Shown: one piece after another, positions 13,653-27,935 of the stretch
How positions within the stretch are numbered: the stretch's first letter is position 1
Layout of the letters: each line of letters starts with the position of its first letter
Origin: Eledone cirrhosa
Lineage: Eukaryota
Length of the DNA: 64,000 nt
Direction of reading: 5' to 3'
Assembly: GCA_964016885.1 (NCBI GenBank)
Contig: OZ024741.1
Span: 295,492,001 to 295,556,000, forward strand
Made by a program: the position numbers and the translations under genes
The notes under the pieces: model-generated
Seen by the model: only the letters and a program-made list of their open reading frames with translations
The model's database searches: none
Told to the model about the DNA's origin: nothing

Positions 13653-13964
13653 CAAAGTATCTCTCAATGAATGCTTAATGTTCCAACTGACATCAAAGAT
13701 ATATTTTAAAATAACCCATGATATGAAAGGGTGAAGATCCTTCGAAATAGGAAGGTTTAAAAGGAAAACAAATATCTTTGAATTTGGAACAACTGAGATC
13801 TTCCTACACAATTTTCATTTCAATGATCATCCCCCATTTTCATTCTGCAACAGATATTTCCATGTTTACATGGATTAGATGATACTGCTTAGCAACCATT
13901 CATTCTGACATCAAATGTACATTGCTAGAGTCACATATTCAATAACAAAGCAGGAGTTATTAAA

Positions 13965-13997
<33 letters not shown>

Positions 13998-15721
13998 ACT
14001 TGAAAGGGTCAAAGAATATCTGTGAAAATAGACATTGATGGGATTTTTTCCTCTCTACTCTATGTATGTTTTTAATTTTATTTTCATGTATAAGAAAAAA
14101 ACAACAAATCAACAACTAAAGAAATGCATTTATCTCCATGTCATGCAAGATAACATTTAACTGTGTTGACACTGCTTTCGGGTATGGAGAAAATTGTAAT
14201 CCTTTTTGTAATGACATTATATACTTTATATATGGATAGAAGAGAAAAATAAATACAAACATTGTTTGAATTAGAACAAGAGAAAATATAGAAAAAAAAA
14301 AAGAATCATAGAAAGTTTTTCACTTAAAACATCTCTCATTTTATATTCAGTTATTCAGTATGAGAAATGTAGTGATTAGCTTGATCTTATGGGATTAACT
14401 ACTTCAGATCATATTCCAAAGCAATGATTTCTATCTGGATTCAAATGGTTTATAAATTGTAATTAAAAGGTGAAAAACCTGGAACTAAATTACATCACAA
14501 AGTTGAACATTGTAACGGCTTTTTAATTTCCCTTCCTGGAATGCATGCATCTATGTGTGCATGCAAGCAGAAATATGCACAAAATAGAGTCAAACATCAA
14601 TCGTGTGCAAGTGAGCAAACGCTTGCATGAAGCAGCCAAATATCAATCAGTGAAATTCTTCCTCATTTTCCCGATTGATTTCAATGAAAAAGATATAGAT
14701 TTGGTGAGGTTCATGCTTTTCTTAATGGAATTACAGACATCAGCAGAAAATTAGAGAATTTTCTCCAGCACTTTGTGTTCTAAGTTCAAATCCCACCAAG
14801 CTCAACTTTACAATTCCTCCCTCTAGAGCCAATAGAATAAGTACTAATCTAAGTCAGTTGACTGATAGAATTCTTTGAGAGCCAGATCAGATGACTTTTA
14901 ATATTATTCCAGTTCATTGCATTCTGTGTTTAAATTCCATCATGGCCTATTATGGAAGTGGACTTAACCTTTCCAAATTTCTAAGGAAAGACAGAGCCTA
15001 TGATTTTCAGTTAATTTTGAAAATAATCAAGAAAATTGGGAGACTTAAAAAATTAGCAAACTTTCTTATTATCAACTTGGCGTTTGCAATATATTTTACA
15101 AAAGTTCTCTAAATAAAATTATGACAGAAGATTTCTGATAATTATAAACACTTTAAAACAAGAAGTTTTGCAATGTAGAACCAGGAGCAGTTTCACATGT
15201 TTTATGTTAATCTATATTCTAGTTTAGTGTCAACATGTGACCCTTGGGTCATTTTAACAGAGTTCATTCTATTACAAGTATTCAAGCCATATTTCTGGTT
15301 TGATGATACCTTCCACTCTCTTTCTCACTCATCTCAGAAGCTCGGAAAAGGGTTATGGGCGCTATAGCTGACTAAATACACCCATGTTTTTGAGGTTTTT
15401 TTCTCATTTTTTTCTGTTCCTTCCTCTTCTCACTCTCTATCTTTCTATTTCACCTTTTATTTCACATTCTATCCTCTAATTAAGGACTAGTGTTCAAAAC
15501 GTTAAGACTCTTTTCCTGCTTTATTAAGCATTATACTAATATATTATCATTGTTCTGTGTTGCTTGCTTAGTTAATTCTGTTTACTTTTTACATATATAT
15601 ATATATATATATATGTATATGTATACACACACACATATGTAGACATACAGTCCAACCCTTGCCAGCAGGGAAAACAGACATAAAATTATGATGATAATGG
15701 TGATGCATTATATATATATAT

Positions 15722-15785
<64 letters not shown>

Positions 15786-15910
15786 GGTAAACATTGATGC
15801 AATTCAATTCAAGCACTCAACGTACTTTTTCCACATAGGAGCGACGGAGTAAATATCGAATAAGGAAAAAAGCAAAGTAGTTTCAGATGTTCAAGTCCTT
15901 TAATAATAAT

Positions 15911-15984
15911 GCTGTGATACATATTTCAGTGACGACACTGGCCACACTGTTCTGTGTGCGAGTGTCGTGACATCATCAGACAGC
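15911..15984 (-). ncRNA. Minimal hammerhead ribozyme motif (left arm)
   Basis: Reverse complement reads gctgt-CTGATGA-stem II-GAAA-tatgta-TC-acagc. Confidence 0.7.
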
Positions 15985-16529
15985 TTGTTACATAATAAGG
16001 TTATGTTTCCGAGGCAATCCAAATTGGATGGACAAGGGAACGGATGAATTGCGTGTTCTTGGGTTTTTCATCCGCTCCCTTGTGAGTACCAATTCACCCC
16101 CACCGGCCTGCGCAAGCACATGTCCGAAGGAAGTTGACCATTCGCCACCGCAGACTTCAACGAAATTTGCTTAGTCAGTTCACCCTGTCATCCAAAACAA
16201 TGGCCCACCAATGCCTGTACCATATTTTACTGCTACCCATCACGGCTGTGGAAGTCAGCCGAGAGCCAGAGGGGATGGGTAGCAGTAAAATATGGTACAG
16301 GCATTGGTGGGCCATTGTTTTGGATGACAGGGTGAACTGACTAAGCAAATTCGTTGAAGTCTGCGGTGGCGAATGGTCAACTTCCTTCGGACATGTGCTT
16401 GCGCAGGCCGGTGGGGGTGAATTGGTACTCACAAGGGAGCGGATGAAAAACCCAAGAACACGCAATTCATCCGTTCCCTTGTCCATCCAATTTGGATTGC
16501 CTCGGAAACATAACCTTATTATGTAACAA

Positions 16530-16603
16530 GCTGTCTGATGATGTCACGACACTCGCACACAGAACAGTGTGGCCAGTGTCGTCACTGAAATATATATCAC
16601 AGC
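16530..16603 (+). ncRNA. Minimal hammerhead ribozyme motif (right arm)
   Basis: gctgt-CTGATGA-tgtc acgacact...agtgtcgt cact-GAAA-tatata-TC-acagc; stem I gctgt/acagc. Confidence 0.72.
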
Positions 16604-16650
16604 ATTATTAGTAAAGGACTTGAACATCTGAAACTACTTCGCTTTTCCTT

Positions 16651-16816
<166 letters not shown>

Positions 16817-16859
16817 CATACATATAGATACACATATATATTCATTAGCATTATATTTA

Positions 16860-17042
16860 TGGTGGATTGGCAGTATCGGTAGAGAGTCGGACACCATGCT
16901 TTGCAGCATAGAGTTACGGCCCTTTATGGTCTGAGTTCAAATCCCACCGAGGTTTACTTTAATCCTTACGGGGTCAATAAAATAAAGCACCAGTAATGCA
17001 CTGGGTAATTGCTGGCCTTGTGCCAAAAGTAGAAACAATTAT
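16860..17042 (+). mobile_element. tRNA-derived SINE (family S1)
   Basis: tggcagtatcggtag A-box-like, gagttcaaatccc B-box, 3' ggccttgtgccaaaagtagaaacaatt; near-identical copies at 40330, 51281 and 61993. Confidence 0.85.
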
Positions 17043-17086
17043 ATAACCCATGCTAGCGTGGAAGAACGGACGTAAAACGGTGATGA

Positions 17087-17246
<160 letters not shown>

Positions 17247-17568
17247 ATGTATGTATGGGGGAGGGGGCAGAGTCATTAGAACATCAGATCAAATGCTTTG
17301 CAATACTCATTCCGCCTCTCTGCTTTCTGAGTTCAAATCTCACCAAGGTCAACTTTGTCGTTCATCCTTTCAGAGTTAATAAAAGTAAATACTGATGTGG
17401 ATTCTTTTTCTACATCACTTTCTCATTTCTCTTCCTCTGGAAAACTGGCTGTGTTCAGACCTGGAGAGGGGATGGATTCCACCAGGTTTAAAGTGCCAAA
17501 GATGCGTGGCGCTCCCTACAACTCCACTAGGACTTATAGGACCTTACAGTACACGCACACATATATTC

Positions 17569-17609
<41 letters not shown>

Positions 17610-18634
17610 TACATACACATCCATATAGCCTACTTCCAATGAAAACAAAGTATAATGTTTCTAACTATATCTTAAGTGATTTATTGCTAATTGTGTATAT
17701 ATGTGTATGTATATGTGTACATGTCAGTATGTATGTATAAATGACTGTCTGTATTTATGCATATAGATATGTATGTACACATGTAAGTATATACACATAT
17801 ATACTATACATACATGTGTATGTATGTATGCATGTATGTGTGTATGGATAATTATATACACGTACATACTACATATATATATGTGCATCTATGTGTACAT
17901 GTACATATATGTGTATGTAATGAACATTTATGTGTCTGTGTGCATGTATGTATGTGTACATCTATGTGTGTGCAGGTCTGCATATGTATATATGTATGTG
18001 TGTGTTTATGTATGTGTATATGTGTGTAAATGTGTGTATGTAATAATAGACATTACTGTTGAGAAAATCTATTACAAGATACTTCATGACTGCTGGAATT
18101 CCTCAGAGAATCTGCGGAAGTTTTATCACTCCCTTAGTTCCGATCACAGAATATAGATTAATGTTTCCTTCCTTTAACTTAGAGAAATACTTTCACATTA
18201 TAAATAGCTTTCTTAAGTGATTGCCTTTTACTTTCATTGCGTTGCCTCAATCTTAAATATATTTTTGTTAGTCAGTTAGCAAGCACCACTAATAAAAAAA
18301 AATGTTTAAAAGTCAAGGTGTGTGGCCTTGTGCTTAAGGCGTTGATCTGATGATCATAAGATTGTTAGCTCCATCTTCACACCTAGCAGCATGCTATTTC
18401 CTTCATCAAAGTACTTTATTTCATTTCTATTTCATAGCTGCTTAAAAAGGAATGTCCTGTACTCTCAGTCACTTATCACCACATAAAGAGACATAAATAT
18501 ATGCCACAAAGCATGTTGTCCAACATTCTACTGATACTGCCAATCCACTACCCTTAATATATTTACACATAATAATTAACATATATCTGGTCCCACTGCG
18601 AGTATTTAAGTTGTGAACATTTCACTGCCAAAAG

Positions 18635-19330
18635 ATTTATTCTTGCTTTGTAGGCCTTGAAAATGCATATGATCGCATTCCACTGGACCTGCTGCTGAAG
18701 GTTCTGCAGCAGTATGGCATTGATGGAGAGCTCCTTGCTGCCCTGATGTCTCTATACAAATGCCCGGGGACTTGTGTTCGGATAAATGGTGCTAAATCAA
18801 AACTATTCAATGTGGGAGTTGGACTCTGCCAAGGGTGTGTACTGTCACCTCTCCTGTTCATTATTTATATGAACAAGATTGACATGCACAGATGGGTTGG
18901 AAGTGATATCATGACTGTCGGGTGTAGAATCCATTGCAGATGACATGATATTACTTAACTCGACAGAAGGTGATCTCTGACTTGCACCTGATGGTTTGGT
19001 GCCAAGTGCTACATGGTATGAATGAAAATCAGTGCTGCGAAAACTGAGGCATTTATCCTCTCAATGACGCCAGCACATTGCACTCTACATGTGAATGGAC
19101 TTCCACTGAAGCAAGTGGAGAAGTTCGGGTATCTTTGGGTCATTTTCATGAGTGATGGAAGGCAGGAGGCGAAATTAAGTACAAGAATTGCAAGAAATGG
19201 TACAGTAATGTGCCAGCCTTAGCATTCAATCATCAGAAGAAGGGAGGTAGGTGTAAAAGCCAAACTTGCTATCTTTAATATGGTATTCACAGTAACCCTT
19301 CCTATGGTCATGAATCTTGGATAATGACAG
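18635..19330 (+). mobile_element. Old RTE-like LINE RT fragment, different family
   Basis: FVGLENAYDRIP, GVGLCQGCVLSPLLFIIYM, ADDM, MKISAAKTE, VEKFGYL. Confidence 0.8.
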
Positions 19331-19500
19331 TAGACCCCAAGCAAGAAAGTTGGATAACATACAAGATCTTGGCTGGTCTCATGATATACTTACTAAAACT
19401 AATTTAATAGTTATGTTTGTGTACCTGTGCCTATATATATATACATAGATATATAGATATAGATATATACATATATACATATGTATACATATATATATAT

Positions 19501-19682
19501 AACAAAGGAAGTGTGGTAACGAACCAGATGAACCATAACGCACCAGAGTACTCAATACTTAGGGTAGTAGAGTGGGTAATAGGAAAAAGTGTAACCCCCG
19601 ACGGCAGAGCTCAAGCCATTTTGACGGCTATTTCTAGACTCGAAACGGCTTGAGCTCTGACGTCGGGGTTAAACTTTTTCCT
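19501..19682 (-). mobile_element. Short hairpin+tail element (type A) in (TA)n
   Basis: ~100-nt hairpin 19582-19682 plus tail; same family as 34491 and 60348. Confidence 0.75.
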
Positions 19683-19910
19683 ATATATATATATATATAT
19701 ATATATTAAATTGTTTAGAACTACAAGTGAAATCATTATTTGCCTTTTTTAAATATATATATATATATAAATAGCTTAGAGTTTAGACTCAGAGAGGTCA
19801 TTTACAATCATTTCAGCTCTAGGAATCGCTTCTGAGCAGTATATATATATATATGAATTAATAAAAACAATGAAATAAAAACAAAGAACAGATTCCTTAT
19901 ATTGAAAGAA

Positions 19911-20051
19911 TCATCATTTTACGATCGTTTCTGGGATATATATGTGTGTGTTGGTATGTATATCATTAAATATCTATGTAAAAAAATATTACAAATTATC
20001 AGAGGAGATATACATACCTTCACTTATATATGCCATCTTCAGAAATGATGA
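19911..20051 (-). ncRNA. Hammerhead ribozyme motif in the inverted repeat
   Basis: tcatcattt-CTGAAGA-tgg...cca-GAAA-cgatcg-TA-aaatgatga (9-bp stem I). Confidence 0.8.
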
Positions 20052-22233
20052 AGTATGTTTATTGAAAGAAACAAAGTATTAATACAAAAAGTCTGTTTGG
20101 GAACAGGTTTTGAATTGACCAATAGAAAAGAGTTAGAGGTCAAGTTGATAGAATAACAGTAGTTATAATAACAGTTTTATAATGAAGCTTTAGCTAGAAG
20201 CGGCCATAAGAACAAATTAGTCTATATACCTCGCACCAATAATATTTCAAACATACAACCTAATATTACCAACAAACACCAAATGAAAAACCCACACCTA
20301 AATTCCACTCATACTACACCTAAAAACACCAACCCAAAACTTAATTTCTCTACCTCTTCTCACATAAAAGATAATGACTTTCAAAAAATCATTCACCCTA
20401 ATGCTCTTACATATGTCAACAAGATAACTAAAAAAAGTTCTAGTGATCAGACTAAAACATCAATTAAACCTATACATAACTAAACCTATATATAATAAAA
20501 CCACTAATAGTAACTCTCTCAGTGAACCTCCCAATACATCATATAAATATAAGAAACAATGTTGAAACCGTAATAGACGGGTTACTTGGTATAATGCTCC
20601 ATTTAATCTACAGATTAAAGACCATATCCCTAAAAAATTCTTTGCTATCCTAGAGAAAAACTTCCCACCAAACCATAAATACCATCAAATTTTAAATAGA
20701 TCTACTGTCAAATTTTCCTACTCCACTACCAAGAATATACAACAGAATATAAGTGCGTACAACACATATAAGTGTAAAAAAAACATAAATATACCACCAA
20801 CACATCAAACCAACCATAATAATACTAAAGTAAACCAAAACAAACCACCTTCTTCTTCACCTATAATAGGTCCCGTAAACTCCACACCGATTTTGACTAA
20901 TAATCTCCAAAACAAACAGAACTCTACTAGCTCCACATCCCCTTAAACTACCACCCACCAACAACCTGTCTAACCATACTAATCTAATTAGAACCCATTC
21001 TAAACCATACATTAATGAAAATAGTAACACTAATACCACTACAGATAATACAATTAACTCTCCTGATACAATATTTACGAATGGCTGTAACTGTAGAATT
21101 CAAAGAAATTGCCCATTAAAGGGAAATTGTCTTATTAATAACATAGTCTATAAATGTGTAATTAGTACTAAGGACTCCACTCAATCCTATATAGGAGTTA
21201 CGTCTAACCAATTTAAAGTAAGATTTAATACCCACAAACATAGTTTTAAAAATGCCACATTAGCTAAGCAGTTAATAATTACAGAAAGAAGGATATTGAT
21301 TACAACCAGACCTGGAGCGTGCTCAAAAGGGCCATCCCTTATCAAAATAGCAGATATGAGTGTAGGTTATGCTCCCAAGAACTATTTGAAATCATGAAAT
21401 CTAATGATATCCTATTAAATAAGCAACAGGAGTTAATTATATCATGCAATCATAGAATTTGAAAAACCTTCAAATATTATAAACTTAATTAATATATAAA
21501 TTATTATAATTAATTTTAAAATGTTTTTTTTCATTTAGTTAACCTATAATTAGATATTTACTACAAAGAATTTCATAATTTTATTTCCCTCTTACAGCTC
21601 ACTTTACCTAAAGTTATCTTGAACCTCACTACTTCTTTTAACCGCATCCCCTATCTATCACATTTAATACCTAGGATTAGTAAATATAATTAATATCTTT
21701 AATATTATGGATGTTTAGATAGATACACTATTTTTTATAAAATTTTATCTATTTCAGTCTTTCGATATATATATATATATATATATTTTTTTTTTTTTTA
21801 CTTCTTTATTTATCACATTCATAAGAATTAATATAATTTTAACTCTGTAAGTATACATATCAATTAATTTAATTTCCTTTTGTGTATCTAAGTTCCTTGA
21901 AATTTAAACAGTAGTATTTCTCACTAACACTCTCATCTCACAAAAAATTCTTTTCCCTTCGCTTTTAACAACATTCTTTAATAACATAAATTTTTTGGGG
22001 GAATCATTCACTATCTCATTGACTTGACCTCATTTTAACCCCTACCCTTCTCTTCCCCATTGTATTCTTTTCATTCAAAGTATAAATTTACATTCCTCCA
22101 CTCCTAGCATAAAGTTTCTACTACTGTTATTCTATCAACTTGACCTCTAACTCTTTTCTATTGGTCAATTCAAAACCTGTTCCCAAACAGACTTTTTGTA
22201 TTAATACTTTGTTTCTTTCAATAAACATACTTC

Positions 22234-22372
22234 ATCATTTCTGAAGATGGCATATATAAGTGAAGGTATGTATATCTCCTCTGATAATTTGTAATATTTT
22301 TTTACATAGATATTTAATATGATATACATACCAACACACACATATATATCCCAGAAACGATCGTAAAATGAT
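22234..22372 (+). ncRNA. Hammerhead ribozyme motif in the 3' terminal repeat
   Basis: atcattt-CTGAAGA-tgg(~100 nt)cca-GAAA-cgatcg-TA-aaatgat; palindromic acgatcgt. Confidence 0.8.
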
Positions 22373-22565
22373 TTTTTCAATATAAGGAACCTGTTCTTTG
22401 TTTTTATTTCATTGTTTTTATTCATTTATCTTGACTCTGTTTTCCTATGATTTTTATCGTTAATTTTGAATGCATTTTCTCTTTTCATGATATCTTCTAT
22501 ATTTGGATTACATTGAGTTCTTCATACGGATTAGACACTACCGTTTATTTTGGTAGTTTTTATCT

Positions 22566-22602
<37 letters not shown>

Positions 22603-22881
22603 CCAGTGAGAATCGTATTTCGGCTAGTAGAAAAAGCGAAACGAAACACAAAATCGTAGATATGCTGGCAAGCGCTCAATAGTTAAAAAAAACTAGAGCT
22701 AAACAATAAGTTAAAACGCCATACAGACTGAAAAAGCGGTTAAGAAGGCATTAACCACCTAAGCCAAAAAACAAATCAAGCTAAACAGGTCAAACAAAAT
22801 AAAAGAATAAAAACCGACATGGACCCAAATGGAATTGGTGGTAAAATCCAAATGTAGGGTTTCTATGACAATTAAATCAAT

Positions 22882-22994
22882 AATTGTTTCTACTTTAGGC
22901 ACAAGGCCAGCTATTATCCAGTGCATTACTGGTACTTTATTTTATCGACCCCGTAAGGATGAAAGGCAAAGTTAACCTCGGCGGGATTTGAACT
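22882..22994 (-). mobile_element. SINE S1 3' half
   Basis: Reverse complement of the S1 consensus from the B-box to the 3' end. Confidence 0.8.
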
Positions 22995-23859
22995 AATACT
23001 GTCTGCTTAAAACTATAAGCTTTCAGCATAAAGATCGAACAAGGAATATCACGTTATCAACAGGTAATTTTGGTGTGTAACCAATTTTGCGAGTGACGCA
23101 TAAGTTAGTAAATGCACATGCATAAGTCACAAGGGGAAAATTCCCCATATTTTGGCAAATGAATTCAGTATGTGTATATCATATAAAAAATTGCATAGAT
23201 AGCACAAATCGGATAATCACTCAACCGGGTAGTTTTTAAAATAAACTTATGCAATTAATCTGTCAATAGAATTATTAACAGGTTAATTGTAAGGCTCGGG
23301 AGATTAATACAAATATAATTCAGCTAGAATCGTATTTCGGCTGGTAGAAAAAGCGAAACGAAACGCAAAATTGTAGAAATGCTGGCAAGCGCTCAATAGT
23401 TAAAAAACTAGAGCTAAACAATAAGTTAAAATATATATATGAAGGAAAAGAATGTCTTCACTTGTAGTGAAGTCATTAAATTAAATTAAACAATTTAATT
23501 TAATTTTATAATATCATAATTTTACAATTTCATTTTGTAGATCTAGTAAGTTAGTTAACTTCGGTGGGGAGATTTTTTTAGAGATTCCTGGTTAACTTTC
23601 CTGTGGCGATTGTCAAACTGATCTCAGGTTGTGTTGTGATGTGTGACTCTCTATATAAAAGATTTAGGTGTGTCTGGGGGAAAGAGGGGTTAATAAGTGT
23701 GGGAGTGAAGGAGTGTTGTTGAAGATTTACAGGAATTAAAGTATATATATATATATACAGAAAATAGTGAATGCTAAGAGCAAGATAATTGATTGTTAGT
23801 GGGGTTGGGAGGTGTTGGGATGTTTAAGGAGTGTTTTAGAAAGGGGTTGTAAAAGTGCC

Positions 23860-25945
23860 ATCCTTCTTTACATTGCGGGCAGGTTGCACAGTAAATTTAT
23901 TTTTTCGTTTTGCAATTCCTGTTTGCATTAACTTTGAAAATCTCATTGCTTTTAAAGGAGATTTTCCCACCCTCTTCAATGTATTCACAAGTTCCGCATC
24001 GAGGGTCGCCACATTTCTTAATTTGCATTATTTCATTGTAAGATGTAAATTTTACCTTGGTGAGCAGCTTTTTTAGCTTGGCTGCTTGGCATCTACTATA
24101 TATTATTTGTAAGTTCAAATCCCGCCGAGGTTAACTTTGCCTTTCATCCATACAGAGGTCGATAAAATAAAGTACCAGTAATGTACTGGTTAATTGCTGG
24201 CCTTGTGCCAAAAGTAGAAACAATTATTTGTAAGTCTTTTATGAGTGCATTCATTTTGGGGGGCTGCTGGAGAATTGGGAGATATTGTTTAGTGGCTTTC
24301 ACAATGTTGAAGTTCCTTGGATTGTAAGTGAAGTGATGACAAAAGGGATAACTGTTTTTCCCTTTTGTTTTGTTGGTTTGTTTTTCTCACTGAGATGTTC
24401 TGAGCCTTGGAGATGTCCATATTGATGAGCTTCACCGGATATTCTTGTCTTTTAAGGAACTCTTTTAGTTCATATAATCTTTTTTCCTGTAGTGTGGGGT
24501 GTGTTACTATGGTGGAAATGCATCTTGCTATGTCAAAGGGAATGTTCCTTTTGGTATGTGAGGGGTGTGCTGATCGGAAATTCAGTATTGGTGTGTGTCT
24601 GTTGATTTGTAAAATAGGTCTGTTGTGATATTTTCCCCTTCTTTAATGATAAGGATATCCAGAAATGGTAGTGCCTTTTTATTTCATTCCATGGTAAATT
24701 TTATTGCTTTGTGAAGCCTGTTTATGATGGAATGGAATCTTTGCAGGTTTTCTTGGCTTTTATTCCAGAATATGAAGCTGTCGTCTAGGTAATGTTTCCA
24801 GTTATTAATGCGGCGAAGTCATGACTGAATGTTTCCTGCAGCTGGGAATATAATTTTGTCTCTAGGTGACCCATAACGAGTGTTGCCTATGTTAGGGCTA
24901 CTTTCGTGCCCATGGCCATTCCTTTTATTCATAAAGAGGAAGTGGTTGTTCTCCAATACTAATTTGAGTCCTTCCAAAATAAAATTTTTTGCAAATCTCT
25001 CTGAAATGTAGTCTGGGTGTTTTGTAATCCAGAAGTCAACAGCTTCAATTCCTAAGTTGTGTGGGATGTTAGTATATAAGCTTGTTACATCAAAGCTGAC
25101 TAAGATTGTTTCTTGGTGTACTTTCTGGGTAATATAGTTCAGGAATTCCATATCATCTCTGATGAAGCTTGGCACTTTTTTACATAAAGGTTTCAGTATG
25201 ATGTCTAATAGGTTCCTTAGACGTTGTGTGCTTGAGGCTGGATCAGCAACATTTGGGCGTAATTTTAAGTCTGTCAGTTTTGGTACTTCAACATATGATG
25301 TATTTTTGCCTTTTATGTTGTTTTGGATTTCTCTGGATTTGTGAACTTTCAGCAATCCATAAAAATTGGTGGTTTCATTTCGAAGTTGGTTAAGTAATTG
25401 ATTTCCTTTAGCATGAGATTATTTTGGTACTTGTCGTCAGTTTGCCTACTTGAATCATCGATTTTCTTTCTTCACTTTTGCTGATTTTCCTGTTAACCCC
25501 CCGTCATTCAACTGTTCTAGGACCATATCCTTGTAGTGGTTTTTGTTCATGATGACGATTGCTCCACCTTTGTCAGCTTCTTTTATGATTATTGAGGAAT
25601 CTTTTTGTAACTTGTTTAGTGCTAACAGTTCGTCTCTGCAATATTTGACTGTGCCAATCATCATAGGCAGGCTATGTATTCGTCCAGGTATGTGTCTCTA
25701 TTTAACGGGCATTTGAAGTTCTTTCTGTTTTTCACTAGTGATTCCTCCTTGTATTCTACACCCTGGAAGAATTCTCCTAAATGTAAATCTTCTGTGTCTT
25801 TTATAAGGTCGGCTTGATCTGCTTTTGGAGGGGGTGTGAACTTCAGTCCATTTTCTAACAGTTTGATTTCCTGTTGTGTTCGTTTCTTGGCTGATATGTC
25901 GATTATTTTTGGTTCCTTTGGGTTTTTCTCATTGAGTGCCACTTG
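23860..25945 (-). mobile_element. Penelope-like element (Neptune-type) RT plus Cys linker, degenerate; SINE S1 fragment inserted at 24112-24228
   Basis: LLENGLKFTP, IIIKEADKGGAIVIMN, KVHK..LRP, LVSFDVTSLYTNIPH, YLDD, CGDPRCGTCEYI. Confidence 0.9.
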
Positions 25946-26273
25946 AAGGGTGGTATTTATTTCTTTTTTTCCTTCATTTGGTGGGAGGCACCTTGTTCTA
26001 AAACTTAATTACCATTTGAGATAGCAATGTTTTTGTTGTGGTAAAATATTCTGCTCGCTGGCATTTTGTGTTGAAAATTTTCTGAAATCTTGTTAAGTGG
26101 TTGATATATGTGGGTCTGGTTCTTCTGCTGCTCCATTCGGTCTTCATGTGTCTTTGATTTTGCCTCTCGTAATTGTTCTTGGGGTTTTGACAGTAGTTGT
26201 ATCTGGTTCTGATTTTTAGTATTTGGTCTGTGTATATATATATATATTTATGTATGTATATATATATATATAT

Positions 26274-26313
<40 letters not shown>

Positions 26314-26314
26314 T

Positions 26315-26660
26315 TTCATTTTACGCCCACTTTTCCCTGCTTGCAAGGGTGGGACAGGAACTGATTCTGGCTTGATTTCTACAGCTGGATGCCCTTCCTA
26401 ACACCAACCTCATTTACAGTGAGTGCTGGGTGCTTTTTTGCCGTGGCACCTCCACGACCACTTTACAGTGGAATGATAGGGGCCCAAGTCCCTATCATCT
26501 CATTTCTACAGCTGAGTAAACTGGAGCAATGTGAAATAAAGTGTCTTGCTCAAGGAAACAACACATCACCCGGTCTGAGAATTGAACTCACAACCTTTCG
26601 ATTGCAAGGCCAATGCTCTAACCACTAAGCCATGTGCCACCATTAAGCCATGTGCCTCCA
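26315..26660. mobile_element. RTE-type 3'UTR fragment adjoining a SINE S2 copy on the minus strand
   Basis: tttctacagctggatgcccttcctaacaccaacc motif; aaataaagtgtcttgctcaagg...ctaaccactaagccatg. Confidence 0.7.
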
Positions 26661-27454
26661 TATATATATAGATACATATATATATATATATGTGTGTGCG
26701 CATAAGGATGTGTATATATACTTATGTAGAGTTAAGAAATAAATGTTTGCATGTTAAGTAATGAAGATAAACACTTTACCACCATCACTCTCACAGAATA
26801 GCAACTACCATCACCATCACAGAACAACCACCACTACCACCATCACACCACCACCACCACCATCATCACAAAATAGCCACCACCTTCATAGAACAACCAC
26901 CACCATCAACAGATTGTTTCAGATTCCACTGTAAAAAATTAATGTTAATAAACCTCTTTAAATCAGTTGAAAAGTAAATATTTATCAACAGGTAAGCTTT
27001 CAAAATGGAAATTTAATGTAGAGATATGTTTAGCTAATAATGTTATCAAATGCTTCAGAGTTTATATTGCTTCAACCTGATAAAAGCATAAACTCGAATG
27101 TAACTAATCATGTCAGTTTTATGTTGCTAACATTTAGGAAAGCTAACAAAAGATCTTGAACAAATTTTGGGTATTATGCACATATAATCAAATCTGACTC
27201 CCCTTTTATATTTCTTTACTTGATTACACATGTTCTTTGGATGTAACGTTGACCGTTATGGTGTAGTGTGCAACTGATTGTCGCACTTGGTGTGGAATTG
27301 ATGGCTGTTTTTATCTGTTTTTTATCTTTTTCTCTCGCTTTGATCATATATTTTTGTGCATTAATTAGTGAGGTTCCTAGCAATAATTAATGGTATTTAT
27401 CATTTAAAAAGCAACAATAAATAGAGAGTGAAATAAACCTAGCCATTAAATATG

Positions 27455-27702
27455 TTTAGTGGTTACATGATAGAAAAATCATTCTAACCATTTAAAAACA
27501 TACAAAACCTATTATATTCATTTTTTATTTATTTTGAGGTGTCAAGATTTTTAACAGACTTTGTAACTTGGTCACTGGTACAGTTCCAATTGTATCAAAA
27601 AAGTGCAATAAAAATGTTGACACCCCAAAATAGATGAAAAGTTAATATAATAACTTTTGTGGGTATTTTTGAATGCTATAACGATTCTTCCACAATGTAA
27701 TT
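27455..27702. mobile_element. Old degenerate foldback/MITE
   Basis: ttttgaggtgtcaagattttta pairs with taaaaatgttgacaccccaaaa; weaker outer pairing. Confidence 0.5.
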
Positions 27703-27821
27703 GCTTCAGTTTCAACACTCAATCACATATTAGATAATTTACCAAAAATGTACAACTTTGAAATATATATACTTATTTTTCTAAAACACCTACTCAAAAC
27801 TAAGTCTAGCTTAACTATCAA

Positions 27822-27935
27822 AGTGGAGTTGGCTGGCCACAGATGTGAGCCCCATGAGGTGGAATACCTGATCCAGCAAATCTCCCTCTCTGTCCTCTGC
27901 AGCAATGTATTCTCCATCCTATCAGCCAGGACCCA
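27822..27935 (+). mobile_element. CRE-like (RLE-type) non-LTR retrotransposon extreme 3' fragment
   Basis: EPHEVEYLIQQISLSVLCSNVFSIL resembles the L.QR.S.A..RGNA C-terminal motif; homologs at 41700-41915 and 55468-55580. Confidence 0.55.

Larger units (their letters stand above)
19855..22570 (+). mobile_element. Penelope-like element (Naiad-type), 5'-truncated, with an inverted terminal repeat
   Basis: 19855-20163 is the reverse complement of 22121-22425; body has YNEALARSG, RRVTWYNAPF..KNFPPNHKYHQILNRSTVKFSYS, and GIY-YIG CNCR..CPLKGNCL..IVYKC..YIGVT..FKVRFNTHKHSF, CRLCSQE; flanked by (TA)n. Confidence 0.88.

Noticed and set aside
16860-17042. tRNA gene
   Set aside because: Has A/B-box-like motifs but no cloverleaf, and a multi-copy tail; it is a SINE
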